Of a DNA stretch of 60,292 bases, positions 1 to 12,849 are shown piece by piece. Within the stretch, counting starts at the first letter, position 1; each line of letters begins with the position of its first letter. The stretch comes from Chara braunii. Lineage: Eukaryota > Plantae > Charophyceae. Made by a program: the position numbers and the translations under genes. The stretch lies in the NCBI GenBank assembly GCA_003427395.1, contig BFEA01000044.1, positions 2,656,454 through 2,716,745 of the forward strand. The letters are read 5' to 3'. The notes beneath the pieces were generated by a model. It worked only from the letters and a program-made list of their open reading frames with translations. It made no database searches and was not told the DNA's origin.

Positions 1-297
1 GGGGGGGGGGGGGGGGGGGGATGAAGGGTTTGCAAATGCAGACCCCAAATCTTTTTCTCTGTGTCCTCATTTCATTTTGTTTCCCCCTTTATGTTTCTTT
101 CTTCTCTTGTTTGTCGATGTGGTTGTTGTGGTAACGGTCCACCATTGTCAGGGTGATTCATCAGTACTTGGGTGCAGTTGTTCTTCGCCGCACATTGTTT
201 CAGTATACCCTTCGTTACATTTTCTTTACGTCTGACCCACTGGGAAGGGCCCTGCAGACTACTCCTTGGCAACGGGGAAGAAGTCGGAGTGTAGTAA

Positions 298-2100
298 AAA
301 AGGCCACAACATGAAACATTCAACTCCCCTTTCAAGGTTGATCCAAAGGCAGACACGAAACGGGATGACCTCGTTTGGCATTTTATCACTCGTGGTCGTT
401 ATTTAGATGGATCCACTGTGTTGGGTAGAACGAACAGCCGCCGCTATAAGTGCAGGTTATGTGGCCGTTCTATTTGTGGGGGTGCTCGTGATGCGAAGGA
501 GCACTTTTACAATGGCGACGGCTACAAATGCCCCGCGGTGCCTCCGGCGGTATGGCACACAATTTGGTCGAAGGATATGTCGAAGTGTCCTGCACAACTG
601 GCTTCAGTCTTGCAGGCCTTGCAAACTCTCCCTCTAGGTCATCCTTCTTTCAAGTGGCCACCAATTCGTTTTCCCGGGGACGTCATTCCACCACCCCCGT
701 CATCCGCCGCCCCCTCGAAAGCGGTACCATCTCCACGTCCTCTACGTGCAGCGCTCCCCCCACGTCCGGCGGCAGTCTCACCTGCACCGATTCATCCAAT
801 GATTCTTGCGCCCGTTGCTGGCGCGGTTTCTGGTGAGTGTGCACGTGCTGCGTGTGTCACACCGTCGGTAGCATGCGCAGTGCCCCACAACGGTTTTGGG
901 TGTTCGGGGACCTGTGCAGTTTGACGAGTCGGGGACTCGTGCTTTTGTCGAGGGTCGTGGGTGGGGGAAGAACACAAGCACATCAGCCGGCCTCGCCTTC
1001 TTGTTCACTGAGAACAGGGATAGGGTTGCAAGAGTTTCACGTGCAACCGCAGGTCCGCCCATGGCGGGACCAGCCGCAACAATCCACTGCCTAGCCGTGG
1101 TTACCGCCCCCTCCTTCGCAAACACGAGGTCCTACAATTGGCACTATGTCATTATGATGCGGCGACTTCTGTTGCTGCAAGCGCAACTTGTGCAGGTGGT
1201 CATTAATGATCGATGGAAGGTCACTGTTTGGTCGACGAAGAATACTCTAGATGATGCGGCGGAGGTTACAACATGTGCCAGTTCTCCTCTGTGGTGGGAG
1301 GATATGAGAGCGGTGTGCAAGTTGTTGGATCCCATCATGGACATGTTGCAGATGGTGGACGGCGACACGGGGCAGATAGGCAAGATTTTGCATTGGTACG
1401 ATGAGATTGTATGTTGTTTATCTGCCTGTGCTGGTTTTGACAGGGAGGAGCAGGATGCAGTGCTCGAGGTGTTTGACAAACGTCGAACCATGTTCAAGTC
1501 ACCGGGTCATGTGGCTGCCATGATGTTGGATCCAAAGTTTCGAGATCATACATTGGCAAACAACGCGGACATGCAACAGGGTTTAATCGCTGCTCTGGTT
1601 CAATTCGGGTACCCAGAGAGCTCGAACTAGCACAAGGTCCTCACAGCCATCGCCAAGTTTCATGCCAGGGAGCCACCATTCAGCGACGTGGCCATGGATC
1701 GAGCGGCACGGAGCTATAGCCATCCAACCAGTTTTTAGGAGTCGAAGGAGAAAAGGTTCCCGCATACGGCCTTCTTCACCGGCAGGATCCTTCGTATCTG
1801 GGCGATGGCATCACCTTGCGAGAGAGCTTGGTCCCGTTGGAGCTTCATCCACTCCAAATCCCGTAACAGGTTGGAGGTGACACGGGCCGACAAGCTCGTG
1901 TGATGCCACTAGAACCTTCGGCTTTTTGACAGGCAGCCTATGTCGAACGATGCTCCCAATGACAGACCGCATCCGTCCGGGAGTTGGGTGCACTACTAGC
2001 AACATGTGGAGGACAAGTTGCACACCGACAAGCAGCTTATCTTAGGCCGAGGTGCCCGTGCGACACTGACGCGGGAGGAGTTGCTGTAGGCGAGAGAGAG
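298..2100 (+). pseudogene. Decayed hAT-superfamily transposase (BED zinc finger, catalytic remnant, hAT dimerisation domain)
   Basis: The frame from ~298 reads DDLVWHFITRG...YKCRLCG...AKEHF..C (BED-like). 896-1630 reads WWEDMRAVCKLLDPI...HVAAMMLDPKF. ~1758-1920 reads FPHTAFFTGRILRIWAMASPCERAWSRWSFIHSKSRNRL (hATC motif CERxWS). In-frame stops and frameshifts are present. Confidence 0.85.
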
Positions 2101-4842
2101 GATGCGCGCTGACTCCCGCATGGGAGCTACACATCGATTGCGAGAGTCGGACAGGAGGAGGCATTGTACCGGCAGTCGCGGGGGTGGTCGTCGGGGTGGT
2201 CATGGACGAGGCGAGCATGGAGGTGTTGGCAGCAGGAGGTCTATCGAGAGTCGTCGACTGCCGGTGGACGGGCTTGTACCCAAGCCTCGGTAGTGCTGGG
2301 ACGAGGGAGACTTCTTGTATGAGACCTCGTCAAGTGATCATGAGGATTTCTTTGGGACTGGCACGCCCGCCGCGAACGTCGACAACGATCTTGACGACCG
2401 CCACCCAGACTGAGACGACGACGATGGCGCAGGAGACGAGGATCGTGGTGATGAAGGAGATCGACCATGGCCCCGCTCGACGCGTGGAGATGGTGACAGA
2501 GGGGTCGACGAGCTGGCGGGAGATTATCGTGATGACGGTGACGGTGGTGCAGGGCTCGGTGCAAGGGGATCGAGACATGGAGATGGTGACAGAGTGGGCG
2601 ACAATGGCGGGGCAGTGGGCGACGGTCATGGTGATGGTGACGCCCGTGCAGGGACAGGTGCAGTGGGCTCGACACGTGAAAACACCGACAGAGGGACCAC
2701 TTCCATGGACGTCGACCACCGTGCAACCTCAGATGACGTTGGAGATGGAGGGGACGGCGAGGGACCAAGACTTCTTCAGGGTGCTGCCCTGAGGCGCTTG
2801 AAACGTGGACCAAGGGAACACGACATTATCGCTCCTTGTGTGCGCAGACGTCGCGGTGGGGCTTCTGCCATTCCATGGCCACAAGTCCCCGCAACTGAGT
2901 AGATTCTAGTTTCTGAGGACTCTTTCAGTGACGATGCCCTCGAGAAGCAATTGAGCACGATGATGGGGGCGGTCCTGTACAAAATGATACCGCGAGTATG
3001 CCCGCGACAATGTCGTACGCAGCAGTCCTGGGACCGCAAGAGGGGAGCGGACCATTGATGCGTCGTCCTCGGATCGAGGGAGACAACGCTGATGATGTGG
3101 TACTACAAGCCCAAGGTAATGTTGCGCCACTGCATCCACTCATGTCAGCAGTCACACAAGGCAGCTGCAGTGAGTGCAAACACGAGAGGACCACCAGCAT
3201 TAGCGGAGCAAGAGAGTATGCCCCCACCTCACAACATTCATGGAGTTCAGCCTAATGTCACCCGGGGGGGGGGGCTTGCTATGCAGCATTCAGAGACATG
3301 GACCAAATGCAGATGGCACTGCACCACCCGCATTGATGGAGGAGACTGTTGTTGCGTGTCCAACCGTCGATCACCCGAAAGGGGAGGTCTCACACACTCT
3401 CGCACCTGAGCAGAGCGCCACGAGCCATATTGGGCTCACATGCCCCACCGACAGTCTTTCGGGTACAGGCGAGTTATTGGCCATGGACTCGACAGTCATC
3501 TCTCTCCCATACTTGTCGACTTTGATATCTCCTGGTTTACCCCACGTGTCACCGCCTTGCCTATCTCGCACCTGAGCAAAGCGCCACGGGCCATATTGGG
3601 CTCACATGCCCAGGCGAGTTATTGGCCATGGACTCGACAGCCATCTCTCTCCCATACTTGTTGACTTTGATATCTCCTGGTTTACCCCACGTGTCACTGC
3701 CTTCCCTACATCATCCTGTCGACATAGAGCGAGGACCTGCCGCCTTTGATGAGCTTGGTAGCGATACAATACCCTTTCGAACGGTGTTCGCCACGCCCAC
3801 CGTTTTTCGTGTGGGCAGACCACACGAGGTCGAGCTTGGTAAGGCCGAGACGGCGACATGACAGCGCCGCGATGCTCCCCGCAGCATTGCACACCGCAAT
3901 TTGTCTGATTCTTAAGATGGAGTGCATTCATGTTGTGGCGCAGAGGATGATGCCTTTCCGGCACGCGACCCAGTTGACAGAAAAGGACCACGTTCGTCGT
4001 CACATTCAGAGCATCAGCCCGCCGACGAGGCCGCCGGCGCAGTCACAGGCGTCACCGCCACGGACACCATGGATGCAACACGACAACCTATAGCAGGTCA
4101 CCGACGGCAGCACAGCGTGTTGACGTTTCTCGCAGTCGTGCTTGTTCCTTGGCTGTTGTTTTGTTGACAGTGGCATTCTATAACAGCGGGACCACAAGTG
4201 GAGGATTGGACGAGCAAGGAGTCGGGATTGTTGGCAGACCAGCAATACCATCTATGGACACAATCCATCGGGACTCTCAGTGGTGCTCGCCACAACGTCA
4301 TGATAGAGCACAAGGCCCGACATGGGAGTGCTTTGTCAACGAAGACATCGGATATCGCTATGACGAGGGTCGTGAAGGCGAGTCTTTCTCGGGCGAGGAA
4401 GAAGGCCGCGACAAGGAAGGCGTCAAATTCGTCACCGCAGGTCCTGCGCATCTCGAGAACAGAGTCGATGCATTGGATGTTGGAGGGAGGACTACAGCGA
4501 TGGAGGACCGTGTCAGCAGGTAGGGGAACGGGGCCGCAATGCCAGGTGAGAAGAGACGCGGCAGTGTACTTATCGTCCACAATGACAGCACCGATGTCGC
4601 CCGTGGAGAGACTACAGGCACAGATGATCCGGGGGACTTCGATTACGAACCAACATTACGGGCGGCGGACGGAGATAGTGGAGGATGGAAAGAGGTCAGA
4701 CGTAGGACATGACTCGGGCCACATGGGCAGGGTACACCGTCAGCAACGATTTCTGCACCCATTGATCGGCGAGCTCAGGTGCAGCGGCTGCTAGGCAGAA
4801 TGGAGGCCACTCTTCAAGAGACACGTGGTTCATCATTCGAAC

Positions 4843-4846
<4 letters not shown>
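2100..4846 (+). mobile_element. Long acidic, low-complexity C-terminal region of the hAT element, with an internal duplication at ~3395-3700
   Basis: GC-rich sequence encoding D/E/G-rich runs, contiguous with the transposase. The segment ctcgcacctgagca...ggtttaccccacgtgtcac occurs twice. Confidence 0.55.

Positions 4847-4910
<64 letters not shown>
4847..4910. repeat. (GA)n microsatellite
   Basis: Pure GA run. Confidence 0.95.
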
Positions 4911-4912
<2 letters not shown>

Positions 4913-6010
4913 TATTGTTTTCAACTGGTTTGGTGTTGTGCATACATTCGTGATAGTGCTATGAGTTTGAGGACCATGATTGGTTTTCGATGTANNNNNN
5001 NNNATGGATATCAATCATATGATTCATATTGTAGATTCGTAGAGTCACACTGTGGCAAATGTGTGTAGAGCGGCTAGAGTCTTTGACGCATGAGTAGCGT
5101 ACAGTCTATAGACTAAGTAAAGCCTTTGACATGTTTGATTCGGCACGGGCTCATTTCAAAGAATTTTCATTACACAATCGAGTAGTTGGATTTTGTAACC
5201 TNNNNNNNNNNNNNNNNNNNNNNNNNNNNNNNNNNNNNNNNNNNNNNNNNNNNNNNNNNNNNNNNNNNNNNNNNNNNNNNNNNNNNNNNNNNNNNNNNNN
5301 NNNNNNNNNNNNNNNNNNNNNNNNNNNNNNNNNNNNNNNNNNNNNNNNNNNNNNNNNNNNNNNNNNNNNNNNNNNNNNNNNNNNNNNNNNNNNNNNNNNN
5401 NNNNNNNNNNNNNNNNNNNNNNNNNNNNNNNNNNNNNNNNNNNNNNNNNNNAATATTGTTATATCAACTTACATGTTGACATTGTTGAGTGCATTCGCAA
5501 TTTGGAAAAACAACGATTGTTCCATATGCATATATTTTTTTCACCTAGTTTCTTGTCTTTTGTGATTGTTTGTTTATTGTATATCAGTGCAATCATGCAA
5601 TGTAGACTGCATCTCGAAACGTTAATTGTGTGACTTGTGTCGGATGGAGTGTTGTATTATCCACTACATACTGGCAGTCTCGCATAGTACTACATCTTGT
5701 TTCTTGAGAGTATTTTCTTTTTTTTTTAATGTCGGTGCAATGTTTACTGTTATGTATTCTTTTTTTTTTTGTATATAAGTGCAATATTTTAGTAGTCTAT
5801 TATGTAGCGCACAAATTCATAAAAAAAAGCCCCAACATACATCACTTGCATGTTTTAAAAATAGGAGTTGCAGGGCGGCGAACCAACGGTTGCAGACACG
5901 GTAGCACAGTAGCACCCTAGCAAGGTCCCCTACTTGCAAATACTGCAATGATGTCAGTTTGTCAAACTGTGGGAAACAAGAGGGTCGTCCCGTGGGTCAA
6001 CTAACCCCAG

Positions 6011-8230
6011 CCCCGCAACACCACCACACTCACCACAACCCCCCCCCGGCACCAGAGGCAACACCAACCACCGTCGTAGGAACCTATACATCCGCAGCAA
6101 CAAGTTGACAACCACCCCCCTCCCCTCCCATTGGCACGCGATCACTCTTCAGTGCCTTCACACTCTTCAAAGTCTTCACGCCTAACCCAAACAACCCCGC
6201 CCCCGAGGCCCCCATATTCCCTCAAGGCCCCAAGACCCCCAACTTCCCGTAAGGCCGCACCCCGTTCCACGACACTACTACTACCCTGCTCGTGCACCAC
6301 CAACCACGACGGTCTTCAATGGCGACTCTGGTGAGCCACTGAGCCCTACCTACCCTACAACCCCTACCCCCAGGGGCCAAGGCCCTGCAGGGCCTGCAGT
6401 GCCCTGCACCACCAATCCCCAGCCCCCGCTCCCCGCATGGTGCCGTTACCTCGCATGGGCCCTATCTGGGCCACCCCCCACGTCCCCAACCCACACCTCG
6501 CACCCCCCCCACTTCCCCGGAGAGAGCCCCACACCGTTGCCCCCCACAACGGCCACAACCCTGAACACCCCCGCATCACCGACACCTTGCTCCCCCGCAC
6601 CCGTCACCCCAACCGTCGGCTCTGGCCCCGCCCACATCCCCCCCTGCAACACCACCACACTCCCCACAACCCCCCCCCCNNNNNNNNNNNNNNNNNNNNN
6701 NNNNNNNNNNNNNNNNNNNNNNNNNNNNNNNNNNNNNNNNNNNNNNNNNNNNNNNNNNNNNNNNNNNNNNNNNNNNNNNNNNNNNNNNNNNNNNNNNNNN
6801 NNNNNNNNNNNNNNNNNNNNNNNNNNNNNNNNNNNNNNNNNNNNNNNNNNNNNNNNNNNNNNNNNNNNNNNNNNNNNNNNNNNNNNNNNNNNNNNNNNNN
6901 NNNNNNNNNNNNNNNNNNNNNNNNNNNNNNNNNNNNNNNNNNNNNNNNNNNNNNNNNNNNNNNNNNNNNNNNNNNNNNNNNNNNNNNNNNNNNNNNNNNN
7001 NNNNNNNNNNNNNNNNNNNNNNNNNNNNNNNNNNNNNNNNNNNNNNNNNNNNNNNNNNNNNNNNNNNNNNNNNNNNNNNNNNNNNNNNNNNNNNNNNNNN
7101 NNNNNNNNNNNNNNNNNNNNNNNNNNNNNNNNNNNNNNNNNNNNNNNNNNNNNNNNCCCCGCAACACCACCACACTCACCACAACCCCCCCCCCGCACCA
7201 GAGGCAACACCAACTACCGCCGTAGGAACCTGTACAACCGCAGCAACAAGTTGACAACCACCCCCCTCCCCTCCCATTGGCACGCGGTCACTCTTCAGTG
7301 TCTTCACACTCTTCAGAGTCTTCACGCCTAACCCAAACAACCCCGCCCCCGAGGCCCCCATATTCCCCCAAGGCCCCAAGACCCCCAACTTCCCATAAGG
7401 TCGCACCCCGTTCCACGACACTACTACTACTCTGCTCCTGCACCACCAACCACGGCGGTCTTCAATGGTGACTCTGGTGAGCCACTGAGCCCCACCTGCC
7501 CTACAGCCCCTACCCCCAGGGGCCAAGGCCCTGCAGGACCTGTTGTGCCCTACACAACCAATCCCCAGCCTCCGCTCCCCGCATGGTGCCTTTACCTCGT
7601 CCCCGCAACAACGCATCCCTCGCGACCCCCGTTCCTTGCAACCCCACACCGTCACCCCGCCCCTTTGCCCACGCCCCGGTCCCGACCCCCGCACACCGCC
7701 CTGTCACCCACACCCCGCCTCGACCCGACACCCTGCCACCGCCCCTGACCCCCGCACCTTGACCCCGCCTCCGAGCCCCGGACCAACCCCAACACCCGGC
7801 GGGACCCCGCTGCCGCAACCCGCCAAGGACCCCCGGCCCCACGAAATGAAGAACCCCACGACCCCGGGGCCCCGCCGAAACACTGCCCCGCAATCTACCC
7901 CCGCCCCCGCTACACCGTCAGCACAGCTCCGCGACCGCTGCCCGCCAACCTATCCCCGCCCCTGCCAAGGGGGCTCCACGGCCCCGGGTGGGACCCCATC
8001 TCAGGGCATTTTCTGCACCAAGCAAAAAATGCCAGCAGCTGCACGGCAGGGGTGCCCACCCCCCAACCTTCCTTTTTTTTTTCCCCCTTACCGGGACCGA
8101 GGTCACGGGTGCCCACCCTCGAACCCCCGCAACCCCTCCGGAGTCTTAGGGCCGGGGGTCGACAACCCTCCCTACAACCCCTTTTAACCCCCATGGCTCT
8201 TCATCGGCCCGTCACCCAGAACACCCTAAG
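6011..8230. repeat. C-rich, strand-skewed repeat; a unit is seen on both sides of the 6680-7156 gap
   Basis: 6011-6430 and 7157-7585 are near-identical (ccccgcaacaccaccacactcaccacaacc...). The + strand has a strong C excess. Confidence 0.8.
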
Positions 8231-8239
8231 GGATGGTGA

Positions 8240-11200
8240 ACTTAGCAGCAACCTCATAGCATTGAGAAGTTCATGTTGTAGGTGCATTGTTAGATCCGGG
8301 ATCAAAACGATCCTATATCTAAAAAAAAGCAATTCGTAAGTTGCATCTGGGAATGAGAATGCAGGACCTGTCTAGACCAATGAAGTCTATGCTTGCTGAC
8401 AAGAGCACGATCACTATCTCCCACTAAAGTCGAATAAACTATTTCGTAAGTATTGTCTTTCTGTTGTAAGAGTCTACCTGCATTCCGAAGTATAGTCACG
8501 AAAAAGAAAATGGCACAGGACGTAATGATGGTACTCGTCAAACGAGTTGGTGAGTGTTTTTGTCCTATCCTCCTCCTATCGACAAACTACTTAATGAATA
8601 TAAGGACTTGTAGACTGAACAACCGGGAGTACCTGACCGTGCTATTAACCACATGATTGAAATCATTCTCGAAAGTAAGATTCCCAAAGGACCGATCTAT
8701 CAAATGTCTCCTAGAGAACTAGACAGTTAAAGAGGCAACTGCAAGAGCTTACAGAGAAAGGATGGATTCGACCCAGTTCCTCTCCCTATGGTGCTCCTGT
8801 CTTATTCGTGCCCAAAAAGGAAGGAGAACTTTTGTATCGATTATTGAGGATTGAATTTCGATGTTGTCAAAAACGCGGAACCCCTTCCTGGCATTGATCA
8901 CTTGCTCAATCAGTTGCAGGGGTGTAAGTACTTCAACAAGATTGATTATAAGTCGGGATACCACCAGATCAAAGTGGCATCTGGATATCAACACAAGACT
9001 GTCTTCCGAACTAGGTATGAACACTAGAGTTTTATGGTTATGCCTTTGAACTGCCTAATGCACCCACGACTTTTCAAAGGTAAACGAATGAATTGTTCAG
9101 ATAGTGGCTAGATCAATTCCTAGTTGCGTATCTCAACAACATCCTCGTCTATAGCAAGACGTTGGAGGACCATGAGAAACATCTACGAATGGTTGTAAGG
9201 AAATTAAGAGAAGAGGACTATAAAAAGTCAAAATTTGCTAAGTCTGAGGGATTATATCTTGGGCATATAGTAAATGAAAAAGGATTAAGGCCAAAAGAAA
9301 GAAAAATTACAGCAATTAAAGATTGGCCCAGACCCAAGACTGTCACCATAAAAAATGGCCGAGGAATTGTGAAATTAAAATCTTTTGTAAAAGAGTGGAT
9401 CCTATATCGACTCCTATTATCCCAACCCTACAGAAGAATCCTAAATTGTTGTCTGAATATCGTATGACTACCCTTTGTCGAATCTGTTTCGTAACTCTAA
9501 CCCGATGTCAAGGTAGGAAACAATTGCATTATTGGGGAATGTCATTATTAGGGAATGTCATGACAGTGAAAGATACTTCGGGTTTAAGAAAACATTTGGC
9601 AATGCCAAAAAGAACTTTGAATGGAAAGGAATGAAAGAAGATGTGCTAAACTATGTGCAAACTTGTCTTGTTTGCCAAAGGAAAAAACCTTCTCATGAGA
9701 AACCCCATTAGGACTGTTGCAACCACTACCTATTCCAAGCGAGTGAGGTGAGTCTATTTCGATTGACTTTATGAGTCTTACCAAGAGTCAAAATGGAAAT
9801 AGACAGGTAATGGTCATTGTTGATCAATTATCTGAGTATGCTGTATTTATTCCTCTACCAACCGAAGCAAGAACGAAACTCGTCATCCAGAAGTTCTAAA
9901 TGCGATGAGTTTCGAAATACGGATTTCCAAAAACCATCGTCTCTGATCGGGATGTACGGTTCACTGGCCAACAGTGGCAAAAAATTATGGAGGCTTATGG
10001 CACCCAATTGACCATGTCCTCAGGGAGGCACGCTGAAACTAATGGGCAAATTGAACAAATGAACTATATGTGCCAACAACTTTTCGAATGTATGTACGGC
10101 CAGATCACAGTAATTGGGATGAGAACTTGCCAAAGATTACGAGTGCGTATAATAACAATGTTCATACAGTCACATGCCGAACACCGAACGCACGTCACAA
10201 AGGTTGGAAGTTGCGATGTCCCATTGATGCTTTGACCCGAAACCAAATCCAACGCCTACCCCCAGGAACACAATAATTTGCAATTCAATACGAAAAAGAC
10301 AAAGAAAGTAAGGGAAAATATTCAGAAAGCCCAGCTGCAAATAATTGAACAGGCCAACAAACACCGTCGCCCATCGCAATTCCAAGAAGGAGACCTTATC
10401 AGGGTGAAGTCTAAAGAATTTTCCTTAGAAGAGAATGTGGCACAAAAATTGTTGCCTCTCCTATGGACCCAGGGAAGTTCTTGAGGTGATCGGGGACATA
10501 GGAGAGGCAAGACATATTCCATTTTCCACGCCTCCAAATTGTTGCCATAAGTAAAAGGCCACAATTTTCCCTAACCGGTCATCCATGTTTCCTCCCTCCA
10601 TGAAAGGAGGATATGAAGTTGAAAGCAGGGTTGCCGGCGGTCGGGACAAGCCGAACGCTGGAACGCACGAATGTTTGGACCCACCCCCCCCCCAAAAAAA
10701 AAAAAAAGTTATCCAAAAGAATAAATTGAACAACATTTGCCGCAACATTACATCCAAATTCTTTAACAAATTTGAAATAAAAATCAAATACGAAAATAAT
10801 AATAATGAAAGTTAGGAAAAATAAAATTAGATGAAATTATTGAGTGGGCGAGCACGTTTTTGACACTGCCATCTTTGTCGTTTTTTATCTTTTTTTGGCT
10901 TTCACAAATGCCATGAAAATTTCTCTATGTGTATCTTACATAATAGAGAACCTACAAATAAGGTTTAAGAAAATAATAATTTTTTTCATGCCCCAAAAAA
11001 TTCTTTTTATTTTATATTTGTACATAATAGAATAGAGATAGACTAATTTACAGTAATTTATCTTATTGAATTATATTTGATTGGAATTGAATTAAAGGAA
11101 AAACAAAAAGTGAAAACAAAAAAAAAACAAATTAGTGAGTGGGCAAGCAAGTTTTGACACCACCATCTCGTTATTTCTTGGCTTAACAAAATGCCTTCAA

Positions 11201-11640
11201 AATTAAGAGGAAGATACCTTACATTACAAACAACTCACACAAAAAACAAAATCAGGAAAAAAAAAATAAATTAGGTGCCAAAATGATTTTTTGCAGGGTC
11301 CGAACCCCTTCGTTCGGGCCCCATACGGGACCCTAGCGCCCGAACGTTCGGGGTCAGCTTAGGGGCCTCCGTACATTCGACATGGCAACCCTGGTTGAAA
11401 GGATATTAGAACTCGGATATTTTCTATAGGTGGCAGAGGAAGGCCACAAAAACAGCTCAAGGTAAAGTTCAAATCTCAACCTCTGACTGAAGCCAGATGG
11501 TTTAGTAAGAAAGAACTTCTACCTACTGCTCCTGATATTGTTTCTGCATATGAGCGAGGACTGAAAAAAAAACAAGCCTAAAGTTTAAGTTTCTGCATAT
11601 GAGCGAGGACTGAAAAAAAAACAAGCCTAAAGTTTAAGTT
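8240..11640 (+). mobile_element. Ty3/Gypsy chromovirus pol pseudogene (PR-RT-partial RH-IN-chromodomain), interrupted by a hAT MITE
   Basis: Protease-like LLDPGSKRSYI at ~8286. RT motifs [13 protein letters not shown] and YLNNILVYSKT. Integrase motifs PLGLLQPLPIP and MSSGRHAETNGQIE. Chromodomain YEVE|RIL...RWFSKKELL. Many stops. Confidence 0.9.
10626..11393. mobile_element. Non-autonomous hAT element (MITE), 768 bp
   Basis: TIR CAGGGTTGCC...GGCAACCCTG. Perfect 8-bp TSD GTTGAAAG at 10618-10625 and 11394-11401. AT-rich interior. Confidence 0.92.
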
Positions 11641-11675
11641 TCTGCAATGGAACTTGAAAATTGGACCAGATGGAA

Positions 11676-12660
11676 TGTAATAACCCGCTCGAAATATGCC
11701 ACTGTCGTTGGCCAGGGGTCGTCATTTCGGTCTTGGGGCAATGGCCACAGTGTCGGCCTGAACCGAGGCCTGATGTCGTATGCACCCAGCCGGGGCCTAA
11801 AAATGGGGCTTCAGATTCCCTGCGCCTGACAATTGACTAAAGAATCTCAATAGTCAACTGTAGCTCGAAAATTGAGGCTCTACATGGACCCAGTCCAGGC
11901 CATCGATCAGACACATTTGGCTGTTTGCAAGTATCGGTGCAGAATCTGGTCCAAGTGGAAGTCTGCAACAATATAAACTCCAAGCCATTGACTGCAGGTC
12001 AAATCTGTGCCCTCGTATCCGAGAGACCATAGGCTGGTCAATCTGCGTCAACACTACATATTGACACAGCCCCTGCTCATTGACATTCAGTCTTGCACTT
12101 TGCTGCTCGACACTGGCAGGACACTGGCTGGAAGCTGGCTTGACGCTGGCATTGTGTGTGATGACGGCGCGAGACTGTTGCATTGTGTTGCTGGCGCCTC
12201 CTGTTCTTGGCACCAGCTGGGATCTTTATTGCTGATGTGGCGCTAGCCACGTTGTCTTCGACTCAGATTCGGGTATTGTGGAGGAGGGAGATCAGGGCTG
12301 TGAGTTTGGTTGTGAGAGAGAGAGCGAGAAGCTTACCTGATTATTGCCTTCGACATTGCGCACTGCTGTGACATATTCATGGGAGATCTCTGCCTACTTG
12401 GCACTATGTTGTGATCGGTTCTCGCCTGGCTCGCCTTTGGGATATTGTACGCTGACGTGGACAACGGAGATGCCCGAAGGAGTGGGACATGAGGGAGATC
12501 TATCTTCGATGACGTTGATGGATACTTGCTCTTCCACCATCTAAGTCTTATCTGCCTCCTATCCACCTCATCCTTTGGTTACAAGACATTGACATGCACT
12601 GAGACATCTTGTACTTCGACATTGACGAGTTTCTCTCCTGACTGGGTTCATTGCAGGATC
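11676..12660 (+). mobile_element. Probable 3' LTR (truncated) of the upstream Gypsy element
   Basis: Begins TGTAATAACCCG shortly after the chromodomain stop. Non-coding. Confidence 0.5.
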
Positions 12661-12849
12661 AAGTAATCTGAAAATTGAAGGGTCCGTAGATTTGGTCACG
12701 GTCCTGGTCACAACATAAATCGCTGCGACAATTCGACAAATTTTCCATTTTTGACACTCCCCTGGTTCTCCCCACTGTTCTACCTATAGCCCCCCTTGAA
12801 TCTGTGCTACCGGTCCTCCCGAACTTCGGCTGCAGAGGGGAGTGGTGGT
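12661..12849. mobile_element. Truncated ACCAC-ended MITE (right end only)
   Basis: Ends ...ctgtgctaccggtcc...gagtggtggt followed by TTAA. Resembles the right end of the 51539-52719 element. Confidence 0.6.

Noticed and set aside
2184-4794. Long alternative-frame ORFs (e.g. 2184-2792, 2241-2813, 4198-4794)
   Set aside because: Shadow frames of GC-rich, low-complexity transposon sequence with no recognisable domains.
5131-7331. ORFs spanning N runs
   Set aside because: Artefacts of assembly gaps.
12333-12566. Possible further LCBK1 exon
   Set aside because: No convincing similarity or splice-consistent frame; it lies in LTR-like sequence.
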